Assembly (NCBI GenBank): GCA_040905465.1
Contig: JBBDRK010000054.1
Span: 31,708-95,707, forward strand
Direction of reading: 5' to 3'
Source: Trueperaceae bacterium
GTDB lineage: Bacteria > Deinococcota > Deinococci > Deinococcales > Trueperaceae
DNA length: 64,000 nt
Under the pieces are notes generated by a model. It saw only the letters and a program-made list of their open reading frames with translations. It was not told where the DNA came from and searched no databases. Shown in pieces: positions 37,654-47,508 of this stretch. Position 1 is the first letter of the stretch. The number at the start of each line of letters is the position of its first letter. A program made the translations under genes and the position numbers.

Positions 37654-38752
37654 ACGCGTGGAACTCCGGGAGCTGGCGGTGCGCCTGCGCTTCCGGTTCG
37701 AGACCAGTTTCGGTGTGGAGCAGGAGTTGCGGAAGGTGCTGCTTACCGCCTACGGCGATGGGTTGGAGGGTTACGGCGAGCTGACCAGCGGCGGCTGGCC
37801 GGGCTACAGCTACGAAACCGGCGACACCGGTTGGCTTGCGCTGGAGCGCTACTTGCTGCCGAGAGTGCTGGGTCGCGACTTCCGGACCCCCGCCCAACTC
37901 CTGCACGAGCTGCAGCCGATCCGCGGACACAACATGGCCGTGGCAACGCTGGAGACCGCTTTCTGGGACCTGCAGGCCAAGGCGGCCGGGCTGCCGCTGT
38001 GGGAGATGCTCGGCGGCCGTCGAACCGAGCACCCCGTCGGAGCGTCGATCGGAATCCAGGAGAGCGTCGAAGCCACCGTGGATTCCGCGCGTACGCATGC
38101 CGAACAGGGCTATCGTAGGTTGAAGTTCAAGATCAAGCCGGGGTGGGATGTGGAACCGCTGCGGGCGGTGCGCCAGGCGCTCCCCGACATGCCGCTGACA
38201 GTCGATGCCAACAGCGCCTACCGCCTGACCGACGCGCGCGTCTTCCAGGAGCTCGACGAGCTGGGGCTCGACTACATCGAGCAGCCTCTCTCGCACGACG
38301 ACCTGATCGACCACGCCTCGCTGCAGGCGATGCTGGCCACCCCGCTGTGCCTGGATGAGTCGATCCACTCACCGGAGGACGCCCGCAAGGGGCTCGAGCT
38401 CGGCGCGGGCCGGGTCATCAACGTCAAGCTCGGTCGCGTTCGGGGCCACCTGATGTCGCGCAGGGTCCACGACGTGGCGTTGTCGTTCGGCGCTCCGGTG
38501 TGGTGTGGCGGAATGCTCGAACTGGGAGTCGGCAGGGCCCACAACCTCCACCTGAGCTCGCTGGAGGGTTTCTCCCTGCCCGGAGATACCGCGTCGGCCA
38601 GTCGTTACTGGGAAGAGGACATCGTGGAGCCGGTTTTGGACGCCGTCGACGGGGTACAGAAGATTCCAGAGGGCGCGGGTCTCGGCGTGCAGCTGCGCAC
38701 CGATCTGATCGACCGGTTGACTGTGCGTAAGCAGGTAATCGATGCCCGTTGA
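37643..38752 (+). CDS. menC: o-Succinylbenzoate synthase / N-acylamino acid racemase (enolase superfamily)
   Basis: KFKIKPG, DANSAY, IEQPL, LDES and WCGGMLE motifs. Confidence 0.88.
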   Translation: MKIERVELRELAVRLRFRFETSFGVEQELRKVLLTAYGDGLEGYGELTSGGWPGYSYETGDTGWLALERYLLPRVLGRDFRTPAQLLHELQPIRGHNMAVATLETAFWDLQAKAAGLPLWEMLGGRRTEHPVGASIGIQESVEATVDSARTHAEQGYRRLKFKIKPGWDVEPLRAVRQALPDMPLTVDANSAYRLTDARVFQELDELGLDYIEQPLSHDDLIDHASLQAMLATPLCLDESIHSPEDARKGLELGAGRVINVKLGRVRGHLMSRRVHDVALSFGAPVWCGGMLELGVGRAHNLHLSSLEGFSLPGDTASASRYWEEDIVEPVLDAVDGVQKIPEGAGLGVQLRTDLIDRLTVRKQVIDAR

Positions 38753-38770
38753 GCTCTCCTCGCGGCGCGG

Positions 38771-38965
38771 TCAGTACTCCGGTGACACGGGCATGACCAG
38801 CCACAAGACCAGGTACAGCAGCGCGCCGGTGCCGCCGAAGAAGAGCGCTACCGCGAACACTACCCGCACGAGCGTCGAATCGATTCCGAGATAGTGCGCC
38901 AGCCCGCCGCACACCCCGCCGATCATCCTGTCGGTTCGTGACCGCATGAGCTTCTTGTCGTTCAT
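38771..38965 (-). CDS. pspC: PspC domain protein
   Basis: LMRSRTDRMIGGVCGGLA...YLVLWLVMP. Confidence 0.9.
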   Translation of the reverse strand: MNDKKLMRSRTDRMIGGVCGGLAHYLGIDSTLVRVVFAVALFFGGTGALLYLVLWLVMPVSPEY

Positions 38966-39113
38966 GGTTCGAATCTACCAGTCGAACGCCGCCTCTTGCG
39001 GCGAGACGCGCTGCTATTGCGCTTGGCGGTTCTCTGGGGGCTTTGCAATCTCGTTACCGAGGCCCCAGCCAAACTGAGGGTAAGGACGATCGGCACCGCG
39101 GGGCCCCGCTCGC

Positions 39114-39413
39114 TCAACCGGTCAACGGCGCTCGGCAGCGCACGCAGTAACCCTGGTCGGGCACGCGCTCGCTACAGCTCGGGCAGACCAGGGAGCCGCT
39201 GACGACGGCGCGTACGCCCCGCTGTGCAAGTTCGCCGGCGATGAGGATAGCGTCCTCCTCGGTGACGTCTTTGACCGTCAGTTCCACCTCTCCCGCGCGC
39301 GCCGTCACCATGAATGTGCCCGATCGGTACGGCTGCGCGCCGGAGCCGCGGTTCCCCTCGCCGACGGCGTCCCGCACCTCCTGGAAGAACTCCCACAGAT
39401 CCCGTTCCGCCAT
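39114..39413 (-). CDS. Small protein with C-terminal zinc ribbon
   Basis: CPSC..VP...YCVRC; TACCAT 6 nt upstream of ATG. Confidence 0.75.
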   Translation of the reverse strand: MAERDLWEFFQEVRDAVGEGNRGSGAQPYRSGTFMVTARAGEVELTVKDVTEEDAILIAGELAQRGVRAVVSGSLVCPSCSERVPDQGYCVRCRAPLTG

Positions 39414-39475
39414 GGCGCAATGGTAGCTCGAGCTTCGCCGACACCGCTGCGTGGAGGCCACCGATAGACTGTGTC

Positions 39476-40426
39476 ATGGAGACCCGAACAAGGCCACGAA
39501 TGCTGGACAGCCTGATTGGCAATACGCCCGTGGTACGCCTCGTGCGTGTAATCGAGCCGGGCATGGCCGAGGTGTGGATCAAGCTCGAGGGCCACAACCC
39601 CGCCGGCAGCATAAAGGACCGAACCGCACTGGGCTTGATCGACGACGCCGAGGAGCGGGGCGTGCTGCGACCGGGTTCGGGCCAGACCATCGTGGAACCG
39701 ACCTCTGGGAATACCGGCATCGGCCTGGCTTTCCTATCGGCCGTTCGCGGCTACCGTTGCCTGATCGTGCTCCCTGACACCATGAGCGAGGAACGGGTCC
39801 GGACGCTCCGTGCCTTTGGAGCCGAGCTCGAGTTCACTCCCGGCGAACTGCGCATGCAGGGGGCGATTCCACGGGCCCAGGAGCTCGCCGAGGAGTTGGG
39901 CGGATGGATGCCCAATCAGTTCGAGAATCCTGCGAATCCCGCCTATCACCAGCGGGTAACAGGTCCGGAGCTGTGGGCGCAGATGCAAGGACGGGTCGAC
40001 GCCTTCGTATGGGCTTCGGGAACGGGTGGCTCGATCAGCGGTATCGGCCGCTATCTCAAGGAGATGAAGCCCGACACCAGGGTCGTGGCGGTGGAGCCGG
40101 CGCGTAGCGCCGTGATCAACGGATTCGAGAAAGGGCAGCACAAGTTCCAGGGGATGGGCCCCGGCTTCATTCCGGGAAACCTCGACCTCGACCTGCTCGA
40201 CGGCTGCCGCATGGTCTACGAGGAGGACGCCTTCCCGTTGGCCCGGCGTCTCGCCGCCGAGGAGGGGATATTCGTCGGCATGTCGTCCGGAGCAACAGTG
40301 TTCGCCGCTCTGGACGTCGCGCGCGAGCTGGGCCCCGGCAAGGTGGTGGTGACGATGGCGGCCGACACTGGGGCGCGCTACATATCCACCGAGCTCTTCG
40401 ACAACGAGCACTCCGGAGCGGTTTAG
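39476..40426 (+). CDS. cysK: Cysteine synthase A
   Basis: NPAGSIKDR, EPTSGNTG, GTGG and QGMG motifs; ATG 39500 is an alternative start. Confidence 0.92.
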   Translation: METRTRPRMLDSLIGNTPVVRLVRVIEPGMAEVWIKLEGHNPAGSIKDRTALGLIDDAEERGVLRPGSGQTIVEPTSGNTGIGLAFLSAVRGYRCLIVLPDTMSEERVRTLRAFGAELEFTPGELRMQGAIPRAQELAEELGGWMPNQFENPANPAYHQRVTGPELWAQMQGRVDAFVWASGTGGSISGIGRYLKEMKPDTRVVAVEPARSAVINGFEKGQHKFQGMGPGFIPGNLDLDLLDGCRMVYEEDAFPLARRLAAEEGIFVGMSSGATVFAALDVARELGPGKVVVTMAADTGARYISTELFDNEHSGAV

Positions 40427-41220
40427 GCCGGCGTCTCCTGCAGCTCCAGCAACTCGACGAGCGGGTCGTGCAGCCTGCCGTTGGTGGCGATGAGAACGGG
40501 GTCGCCGAGGTCGTAACCCCCGCCGTCGCCGCCGCTCACGCGACCACCTGCTTCCGCGATGATCAGCACCCCGGCTGCCACGTCCCAGGGATTGAGGGTG
40601 AGTTCCCAGAAGCCGTCCAGGCGGCCGCAGGCGACGAAACAAAGGTCGAGGGCGGCCGCGCCCGGCCGCCTGATCGCCCGTACCCTCGGGAGAACTCGCA
40701 TCAGGACCCGGGCGTTGTCCATCAGCTTGTCGCGGTCGTAGGAGAATCCGGTAGACAGTAGCGCACGGCCGGGGTCGGGCTCGCTCGAAACTCTTATGGG
40801 CGCCCCGTCGAGGAAGGCTCCGGCTCCCCTGACCGCGCTGAACATCTCGTGGTGAACGCTGTCGAGCACCACTCCCACCTCGATCTTTCCGGCGATCTCG
40901 AGAGCGATCGACACGCAGTAGAACGGGAAGCCGTGCGCATAGTTGACGGTGCCGTCGAGCGGGTCGACGATCCAGCGATACTCGGCCTCGCTGCCCGGCC
41001 CGCCCATCTCCTCGCCCAGCACCGCGTGTCCCGGATGACGCTCCTCGACGATCTCCCGGATGCGCTGTTCGCACAACCTGTCGACTTTCGTCACCAGATC
41101 GGTGTCGTTCGACTTGGTAGTCACGTCCAGCTCGCCACCGACGTAGAAACGGTGGATGCGCGCGGCTTCCTGGGCGGCGAGGACGGCGGTTCGTAAGTAT
41201 TCGGTCTGCTGATCGGTCAT
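40423..41220 (-). CDS. suhB: Inositol monophosphatase family protein
   Basis: GEE, WIVDPLDGT and WDVAAG motifs; TATAGT 7 nt upstream of ATG. Confidence 0.9.
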   Translation of the reverse strand: MTDQQTEYLRTAVLAAQEAARIHRFYVGGELDVTTKSNDTDLVTKVDRLCEQRIREIVEERHPGHAVLGEEMGGPGSEAEYRWIVDPLDGTVNYAHGFPFYCVSIALEIAGKIEVGVVLDSVHHEMFSAVRGAGAFLDGAPIRVSSEPDPGRALLSTGFSYDRDKLMDNARVLMRVLPRVRAIRRPGAAALDLCFVACGRLDGFWELTLNPWDVAAGVLIIAEAGGRVSGGDGGGYDLGDPVLIATNGRLHDPLVELLELQETPA

Positions 41221-41315
41221 GCGGGTCACTATACCGGCGGCGCGGGCGGCCGATTTCGTTCGGGCACCAGGCGGGCTCACACACTGCCGTCACCGCCGCC
41301 GTCTCCAGCGATTTC

Positions 41316-41344
41316 TTGACATGCGGTCCGTGCCCGCCTACAGT
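41316..41344 (+). promoter_or_regulatory. Near-consensus sigma70 promoter upstream of the cupin gene
   Basis: TTGACA-N17-TACAGT. Confidence 0.7.
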
Positions 41345-41480
41345 ATGCTCGCCGACATCCGCCATCGCGATCGGCAGGTGAACGAGCTGGTGGAGGCGCT
41401 GGCCCGGGCACGGGAGCGGATTGCCGGCGAGGCAGCGGCGTGACCGCCGGCAAGGAAACCGGTTGCGAGGAGCCGACGAC

Positions 41481-41819
41481 ATGACACCGAAAAAGAGTGT
41501 GCTCGAGCAGTTGCCGGTGGAGAACCCGAACGCAGCGATCGAGCGGCGCCGGCTGACTGGGGAGCGACTCGAGCTGATCGACTACCGCTACCAGCCGGGC
41601 TCGACCTTCCCGATGCACGCTCACGAATCGGAGCAGCTCACGGTGGTGCTCGCCGGCGAGCTGGTGTTCGTTTTCGAGGAGGGGGAGGAGCGACTGCAGC
41701 CCGGCGAGGCGCTGCTGATCGAGGGGGGCCGGCCCCACGGTGCCTACGTCCCGGCAGGGGCGTCGGTCACGCACACCTACAACGTGTTCACACCGGTACG
41801 GGAGCGACCGCCCGGCTGA
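41481..41819 (+). CDS. Cupin domain protein
   Basis: PMHAHESEQ...PHG; GAGGAG SD. Confidence 0.85.
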   Translation: MTPKKSVLEQLPVENPNAAIERRRLTGERLELIDYRYQPGSTFPMHAHESEQLTVVLAGELVFVFEEGEERLQPGEALLIEGGRPHGAYVPAGASVTHTYNVFTPVRERPPG

Positions 41820-41829
41820 GCGGCGAGGA

Positions 41830-43200
41830 TCAGTCCGACTCGGTCGTCCCCACCGGCCGCACGTCGTCGTCGCGCCGCTCTACCATGTCCGCATCGTCCA
41901 CCAGCCGCTGGGTCCGGTTTACTATCTCGGCCGGCGACGGCACCATCTCGGCGATAAGCCGCGCGTGTCGGTCGAACGTCAGGTAGCTGTAGGTCCAGTT
42001 GACCAGAGCGTTGAAACGGTTCTGGTGGCCCGGCAAATAGATCAGGTGGATGAACAACCATCCCAGCCAGCCGAGGAAACCGGTCAGCCGCAGGTTGCCG
42101 AACCTCCGCGAGAGTTGGGCCACGCCGGCGTCCCGGCCGATGATCGCCATCGATCCCGGGTCGTCGTAACGGAACTCCCGGCTCTCTTCGCCGTTGACTC
42201 GGCGCAGCACCTCGCGCGCCGCATGCTTGCCTTGTTGGATCGCCACCTGGGCCACCTGGGGATAGGGGGATCCGTCGGCATCGGTGGCGCCCGAGGCGTC
42301 GCCGGCCACGAAGACGTGGTTCCGCCGTGGCAACGAAAGGTTTCCGTTAACGGCCACCCGCCCGCCGCGGGTGAGTTCCACGTCGAGCGAATCCACCAGC
42401 GGATGGCCCCGCACCCCGGCGGCCCAGATGAGCGTTCGGGTGGGGATGACCTCGCCGTCGGCGAGCACCGCGCTGCCGGCGCGGACTTCCGCGACGGCCG
42501 TGTCGAGCCGTACTTCCACGCCGCGGCGCTGCAGGGTGTCGGCGGTATAGCGTTGCAGGCGCGGCGCGTAGGGAATGAGCAGGCGGTCGGTCATCTCCAG
42601 CAGGATCACCCGAGCGCGACCCACATCGAGCCGTGGGTAGTCGCGCGGCAGCACCCGCCGGAACAGCTCGACCAGCGCGCCGGCCATCTCCACACCCGTG
42701 GGGCCGCCACCGACGATGACGAAGTTGAGCGCACCGTCGTCGATCAGCGCCGGGTCCGCGGCCGCCCGCTCGAACTGGCGGAGGATGTGCGAGCGGATGT
42801 TGACGGCCTCGCTGAGGCTCTTGAGGAAGTAGCCATGGCGCCGTACGCCGGGAATGCCGAAGTCGTTATAGACCGCTCCGACCCCGACTATCAGGTAGTC
42901 GAAGCGAACGTTCCCGCCGCTGCGCAGTCTGAGCTCGTCGGTCTGCCAGTCGACGCCGGTAACCGTCGCCTGGCGGAACTCGAAGTTCGCCTGGCGGCGG
43001 AATATTCCGCGGACGGTGCGGGCTATCTCCTCGGGCTCGAGCTGGGCGGTGGCCACCTGATAGAGCAGCGGCTGGAAAGTGTGGTAGTTGTGCTGGTCGA
43101 TCAGCAACACGCGCACCGGCGCGTCGCGCAGCATCTTGGCGGCGTAGAGGCCGGCGAATCCGGCGCCGATGATGGCTACCGTCGGCCGTTCAGTCGTCAT
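41830..43200 (-). CDS. ndh: Type II NADH:quinone oxidoreductase
   Basis: GAGFAG, FQPLLYQVA, GGGPTGVE and AQVAIQQG motifs. Confidence 0.9.
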   Translation of the reverse strand: MTTERPTVAIIGAGFAGLYAAKMLRDAPVRVLLIDQHNYHTFQPLLYQVATAQLEPEEIARTVRGIFRRQANFEFRQATVTGVDWQTDELRLRSGGNVRFDYLIVGVGAVYNDFGIPGVRRHGYFLKSLSEAVNIRSHILRQFERAAADPALIDDGALNFVIVGGGPTGVEMAGALVELFRRVLPRDYPRLDVGRARVILLEMTDRLLIPYAPRLQRYTADTLQRRGVEVRLDTAVAEVRAGSAVLADGEVIPTRTLIWAAGVRGHPLVDSLDVELTRGGRVAVNGNLSLPRRNHVFVAGDASGATDADGSPYPQVAQVAIQQGKHAAREVLRRVNGEESREFRYDDPGSMAIIGRDAGVAQLSRRFGNLRLTGFLGWLGWLFIHLIYLPGHQNRFNALVNWTYSYLTFDRHARLIAEMVPSPAEIVNRTQRLVDDADMVERRDDDVRPVGTTESD

Positions 43201-43212
43201 CGCGCGGCACCT

Positions 43213-44076
43213 TCAGTCCGCCATTTCGAGGGCGATCCTGCGTCCCGTCGGAGTATCGGCCAGCCCGCCCTCACCGGTTTCCCGTAACTCGGGAGGCAGC
43301 AGCCGGCCGACCGAGGCCATCGCCTGCACGACTTCGTCGGGCGGGATGGGCGATTCGACGCCGGCGATCGCCAGTTGTGCCGACGCCACCGCATGGACGC
43401 TGAAAAAGGCGTTGCGGCTCACGCACGGAACCTCGACATAGCCGCCGACCGGATCGCACACCAGGCCGATGCTGTTCATGAGGGTCTGGGCGGCGGCGTG
43501 TACCGACTGGTGGGCGTTGCCGCCGAGAAGCTCGCAGACGGCTGCAGCGGCCATGGCGGCCGACGAGCCGATCTCCGCCTGGCAGCCGCCGGTCGAACCG
43601 GCGATGAACATTTTGCGGCCGATGATCTGCCCGATGCCGGCCGCCAGAACCAACGGTCCCAGAAGTTGCTCGTCGTCGTAACCAAGGTGATCCGCCACTC
43701 CCAGGAGGGCGCCAGGAAGCGTCCCGGCGCTGCCGGCCGTGGGCGCGGCGACGATACGCCCCATGCGGGCGTTCTCCTCGTTGACGGCCATTGCGTAAGC
43801 CTGCACGCGCTTCAGCAACGGGGACGCCAGCAGATCATCGGCCTCCCACAGCCGTTTGGCGTTCCAGCCGACCATGCCCGTCCGGCTCGGTTTGTCGCTG
43901 CTCAGTCCGCGGGCTACCGAACCCCGCATCTCGCTCAACCGGTTGCGCATGCTCGCCAGCAGCGCTTCCCGGGCCGCCTCGTCGTCCCCGGCTTCCTCGG
44001 AGAGGACAGCCGCCGATGCCGCCCCGGTGAATGCCGCCAGTTGGTTCAGATTCAGTTCGTCTTTATCGTTGCTCAC
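43213..44076 (-). CDS. sdaAA: L-serine dehydratase alpha subunit
   Basis: [17 protein letters not shown] and GLVCDPV..VEVPC motifs; SD before GTG 44076 (44094 alternative). Confidence 0.92.
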   Translation of the reverse strand: MSNDKDELNLNQLAAFTGAASAAVLSEEAGDDEAAREALLASMRNRLSEMRGSVARGLSSDKPSRTGMVGWNAKRLWEADDLLASPLLKRVQAYAMAVNEENARMGRIVAAPTAGSAGTLPGALLGVADHLGYDDEQLLGPLVLAAGIGQIIGRKMFIAGSTGGCQAEIGSSAAMAAAAVCELLGGNAHQSVHAAAQTLMNSIGLVCDPVGGYVEVPCVSRNAFFSVHAVASAQLAIAGVESPIPPDEVVQAMASVGRLLPPELRETGEGGLADTPTGRRIALEMAD

Positions 44077-44752
44077 GTGCGCCCCCTTCGCCACTCATTA
44101 CCTCCGGCAACATCCTCACCCAGCCTACGTAGGGCAGCCGGCTCAGGTAATCGAGCACGTATTGCGACAGGTGCTTGTCGATCTCGACCGACATCATCGC
44201 CTGACCCCCACGCTTCCTCCGGGCGGAGTGGAGCCTGCCGATGTTGCCTTCGTCGTCGGCGATCACCCGCGCGACCCGCGCGATAACCCCGGGCCGGTCG
44301 TCGTGCTGAACGAGCAGGGCGAAGCAGTTGCCGGAGAAGTCGATCTCGAAGCCGTTGACTTCGAACACGCGCACGAGGCCGCCGCCGAGGCTCGACCCGG
44401 CCATGCTGAGCCGTTCGGCCGCGCTCGTCAGTTCGATTCGAACGCTGTTGGGATGCACGTCGCCGAGGTCGCGGCTGTCGAATTCGAAGCCGATGCCGGC
44501 GTCACGGGCGAGTTGCGTGGCATCGGGGATTCGCGGATCGGCTGGGAACATCCCCAGAAGGCCCGCCAGCAGGGCCCGGTCGGTGCCGTGCCCCTTGGCC
44601 GTCTTGGCGAATGAACCGTGGAGGGTGAGACGCGCGGTCAAAGGCGCCGAATCCAGCATGCGCCGAGCCAGCAACGCCAATCGGCACGCGCCGGCGGTGT
44701 GCGAACTCGACGGTCCGATCATCACCGGTCCGATTACGTCGAGGAGTCCCAT
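44063..44752 (-). CDS. sdaAB: L-serine dehydratase beta subunit with ACT domain
   Basis: [19 protein letters not shown] and DRPG motifs. Confidence 0.93.
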   Translation of the reverse strand: MGLLDVIGPVMIGPSSSHTAGACRLALLARRMLDSAPLTARLTLHGSFAKTAKGHGTDRALLAGLLGMFPADPRIPDATQLARDAGIGFEFDSRDLGDVHPNSVRIELTSAAERLSMAGSSLGGGLVRVFEVNGFEIDFSGNCFALLVQHDDRPGVIARVARVIADDEGNIGRLHSARRKRGGQAMMSVEIDKHLSQYVLDYLSRLPYVGWVRMLPEVMSGEGGAREQR

Positions 44753-44886
44753 GGCTACGTGAGCAGCCTAGCAGATGCATGGGCTCCCCTCATGGAGCCG
44801 GGCTTTCAGATAGCCGCGTCTCGGCTTGGTGTCAGACCACGCTGCCTCGGTCGATACCGGCCGGTGGACCGGCGCAATCACGATTG

Positions 44887-45180
44887 TCAACCTCGGACCC
44901 GCTCCTTGAGGCTCTTACCCGGTTTGAAGGCGGGGTACTTGCTGGCAGGGATGGCGATCTTGGTCCGGGTACCCGGCTTCACGCCGCTTCGGGCCCGACG
45001 TTCACGAACCTCGAAAGTGCCGAAGCCGGTGAGCTGGATCTTGCACTGGTCGTCGAGATGACTGCTGATCTTGCCCAGGACGCTGTCAACGACCTCCTTG
45101 ACATCCTTCTTCCTGATGCCCGTCTCTCCCGCCACCATGTCGACAAGCTCGGCCTTCGAAACGGTCCGCTGTTTCGCCAT
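44887..45180 (-). CDS. hup: HU family DNA-binding protein
   Basis: GFGTFEV..R..R.G..P.T...I.IP....P.FKPGK.LK. Confidence 0.93.
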   Translation of the reverse strand: MAKQRTVSKAELVDMVAGETGIRKKDVKEVVDSVLGKISSHLDDQCKIQLTGFGTFEVRERRARSGVKPGTRTKIAIPASKYPAFKPGKSLKERVRG

Positions 45181-45255
45181 CTCCGCCTCCTTGATTGTGA
45201 CTTGGCCGACACTTTATCACGCCTGCCGGTGGTGGGCAAGTTGGCGGGCGGCTCC

Positions 45256-45879
45256 TTACTGCCGTTGCCGTTCGGGCGTGCTCGCCAGCTCCCGGTCGGC
45301 GGGCAGGAGTTCGTTCACCCGGTCCATGACCTCGCCTGTTAGCGCCTTGATGTCGTTGCGATCCCGGCCCTCCGGCCTGATCGGGGTTCCGAAACGAACG
45401 TGATAGCGCTTTCCCTCGCGCCAGATCGCGGCGGGCTGCAGCGGTACGCCGGCCCGCAGGGCAAGGAACGCGGCCCCGTCCAGCGCGGCTACGTCTCCGG
45501 CGTTGCGCGTGCCCTGAATGAAAATACCGATCGCCACGCCCTCGCGCAGCCGCTTGAGGGAGTACTTGATGGCGCCCAGGTCGCTGCGCGACCGGTCTAC
45601 CGGGAACGCCCGCAGTCCGAGCGCCAGCGCCCGCATGTAGCGGTTTTCGAAGAGCTCTTTCTTGGCCATGTAGTTGATCTCGCGCGGCACCGCCACCCCC
45701 ATCACCGGCGGATCGAGAGTCGAGAAGTGGTTGCTGGCGACCACCAGCCCGCCTTCGCGCGGGACCAGCTCCGCCCCCTCGATATCGAGGCCGTACGCCA
45801 GCCTGGCGTAGATCAGGAACGCCGTGCGTCCGAACCAGAAGAACCAGGCGCGCTGCATCAGGCGGGTGATCGTTTCCAT
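45256..45879 (-). CDS. plsC: 1-acyl-sn-glycerol-3-phosphate acyltransferase
   Basis: NHFSTLD (HX4D), AKKEL and FIQGTR motifs. Confidence 0.85.
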   Translation of the reverse strand: METITRLMQRAWFFWFGRTAFLIYARLAYGLDIEGAELVPREGGLVVASNHFSTLDPPVMGVAVPREINYMAKKELFENRYMRALALGLRAFPVDRSRSDLGAIKYSLKRLREGVAIGIFIQGTRNAGDVAALDGAAFLALRAGVPLQPAAIWREGKRYHVRFGTPIRPEGRDRNDIKALTGEVMDRVNELLPADRELASTPERQRQ

Positions 45880-45972
45880 GACGGCTATTCTACGTCGGTC
45901 GTAGCAGCTGTCGCCCCGCCGGCGGGGTCGACCACCGGATCCGGACGGCTTGCCCCGCTCGACCGGCGCCGC

Positions 45973-46917
45973 TCAGCCGGATTCGGTCTGGAGGGTTGGC
46001 GGGTCGCGGCGCCAGGCGCTGATCTCGGCGGTCAGCAGAGCGCCCACCAGGAACATCAGCAGCGCCAGATAGAGCCACAGCAAGGTCACCACCACGCTGG
46101 TGATAACCCCGTAGATGACGTTGAACCGATCGGTGTCGAACGTCAACACCAACAGCGACCGAGTGAGGGCGATGCTGATCGAGCTGAAAACTCCGCCTAC
46201 GACCGCCCCCACCCAGGAGCTCGAGCGGCGCGGCAGGAAGCGAAACGCCAGGGTGAATGCCAGCGCGGCCAGCGCCAGCCGCAGCACCAGAGCCGAGGCA
46301 CGGTTGAACCAGTAGCTCAACCAGCCGGGAATCAGCGCCGGCAGTTCGACGTCCGGCATCGGCATCCGCGAGCCGATGATCTCCGAAACCTGCGACAACG
46401 ACGACAGCAGGGCACCGCCGACAATCTCCACGCCGATGACCAGCGCGACCACGATCACCAGCAGCAGGGCCACCAGGCGGCGGCGCACGAAGCTCCGTGT
46501 TTCGCTCACGTCGAAGATGACCTCGAGCGCAAGTTGCAACGAGGTGAAGAACCCGCTGGCCGCCCACACCAGCACAACCAGCGACAACACGCTCCGCAAC
46601 AGCGCCCCCTCGGAGAGCTGGGCAACGATCGTCTCGAAGCTCCGCACCACCACTTCGGAGCTGTTCTCCTGCAACGGCATGACCTGACTCACCAGGTCGG
46701 CGAGTACCAGCCGGTACCGGCCGGCGAGGTCCGGCCTGGTCTGCAGCAGCACGCCCAGCCAACCACCGAGGAGGAGCAGGAGTGGTCCGAGCGAGAACGC
46801 CGCGTAGTAGGCCAGTGCCGCGGCCAGCATGGTGAGGTAAGAGGCGCGAAAACGCCGTACCAATCTGCCCGCGAACACCCACGGAACGCTGCGGTGGATG
46901 TCGCGCAGGGCAGTCAC
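45973..46917 (-). CDS. YihY/BrkB family membrane protein
   Basis: AAALAYY..FSL.P and YG......LLWLY motifs. Confidence 0.88.
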   Translation of the reverse strand: MTALRDIHRSVPWVFAGRLVRRFRASYLTMLAAALAYYAAFSLGPLLLLLGGWLGVLLQTRPDLAGRYRLVLADLVSQVMPLQENSSEVVVRSFETIVAQLSEGALLRSVLSLVVLVWAASGFFTSLQLALEVIFDVSETRSFVRRRLVALLLVIVVALVIGVEIVGGALLSSLSQVSEIIGSRMPMPDVELPALIPGWLSYWFNRASALVLRLALAALAFTLAFRFLPRRSSSWVGAVVGGVFSSISIALTRSLLVLTFDTDRFNVIYGVITSVVVTLLWLYLALLMFLVGALLTAEISAWRRDPPTLQTESG

Positions 46918-46921
46918 GGTT

Positions 46922-47419
46922 TCAGGCTTGCGCTGTTTCCCGCTCGCGGCGGCGGTCGAGGTACACCACCACCAGCGCGCCGGCCAGCGCGGTCAGCGCG
47001 TGCAACGCGATCCACACAGTCGCCCGCGGTTCCCAGGGAAGCTCGACCGCGAACAGCTCCTGTTTGCTTGCGCTGACCACGAACAGTTGGGGAATCGCGT
47101 GCAGCAGCGGGGAGACCAGGAGTGCCGGGTAGCGCCAGGCGTACTCGAGACCGATCATCGCCAGCATGTTGGATGCGAGCACGATGGGCAGCATCACCAA
47201 CCAGTCCGGGTCGCCGCTTATCAGCCCCAGGGGCGGTGCCAGCAGAGCCGTCAACTGGGCGGCGGGCGGGCCGCCGATGGAGAAGGACAGGTAGGAGAAG
47301 AACAGGACACCGGTACTGCGAAAGGCGAGCGGAAGCGGCGCGACTGCGCACGCCACCGCGGCCAGGAACAGGAAGGCGCCGATGACGAGGCGCTGAGGCG
47401 CCGGGGCTGTTCGGATCAC
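46922..47419 (-). CDS. Hypothetical integral membrane protein
   Basis: Multiple TMs; TAGGAT 6 nt upstream of GTG. Confidence 0.7.
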   Translation of the reverse strand: MIRTAPAPQRLVIGAFLFLAAVACAVAPLPLAFRSTGVLFFSYLSFSIGGPPAAQLTALLAPPLGLISGDPDWLVMLPIVLASNMLAMIGLEYAWRYPALLVSPLLHAIPQLFVVSASKQELFAVELPWEPRATVWIALHALTALAGALVVVYLDRRRERETAQA

Positions 47420-47508
47420 GCCAGTATCCTAACCGAAGCTCCCCCGGGCACGGACCTCATGAAGGCGTCGGAGGATTCTGACCGACTGGCGATGGTCTGA
47501 ACGACGGC

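Noticed and set aside
39020-39075. c-di-GMP-I-like GCAAAGCC with a GTAA hairpin on the minus strand upstream of pspC
   Set aside because: The 5' GGCAAA element and second stem do not fit the consensus
41384-41407. GAGCTGGTGGAGGCGCTGGCCCGG resembles part of a SAM-I riboswitch
   Set aside because: The 5' AUC and GCAACC core elements are absent, and the match is explained by ordinary codons (ELVEALAR)
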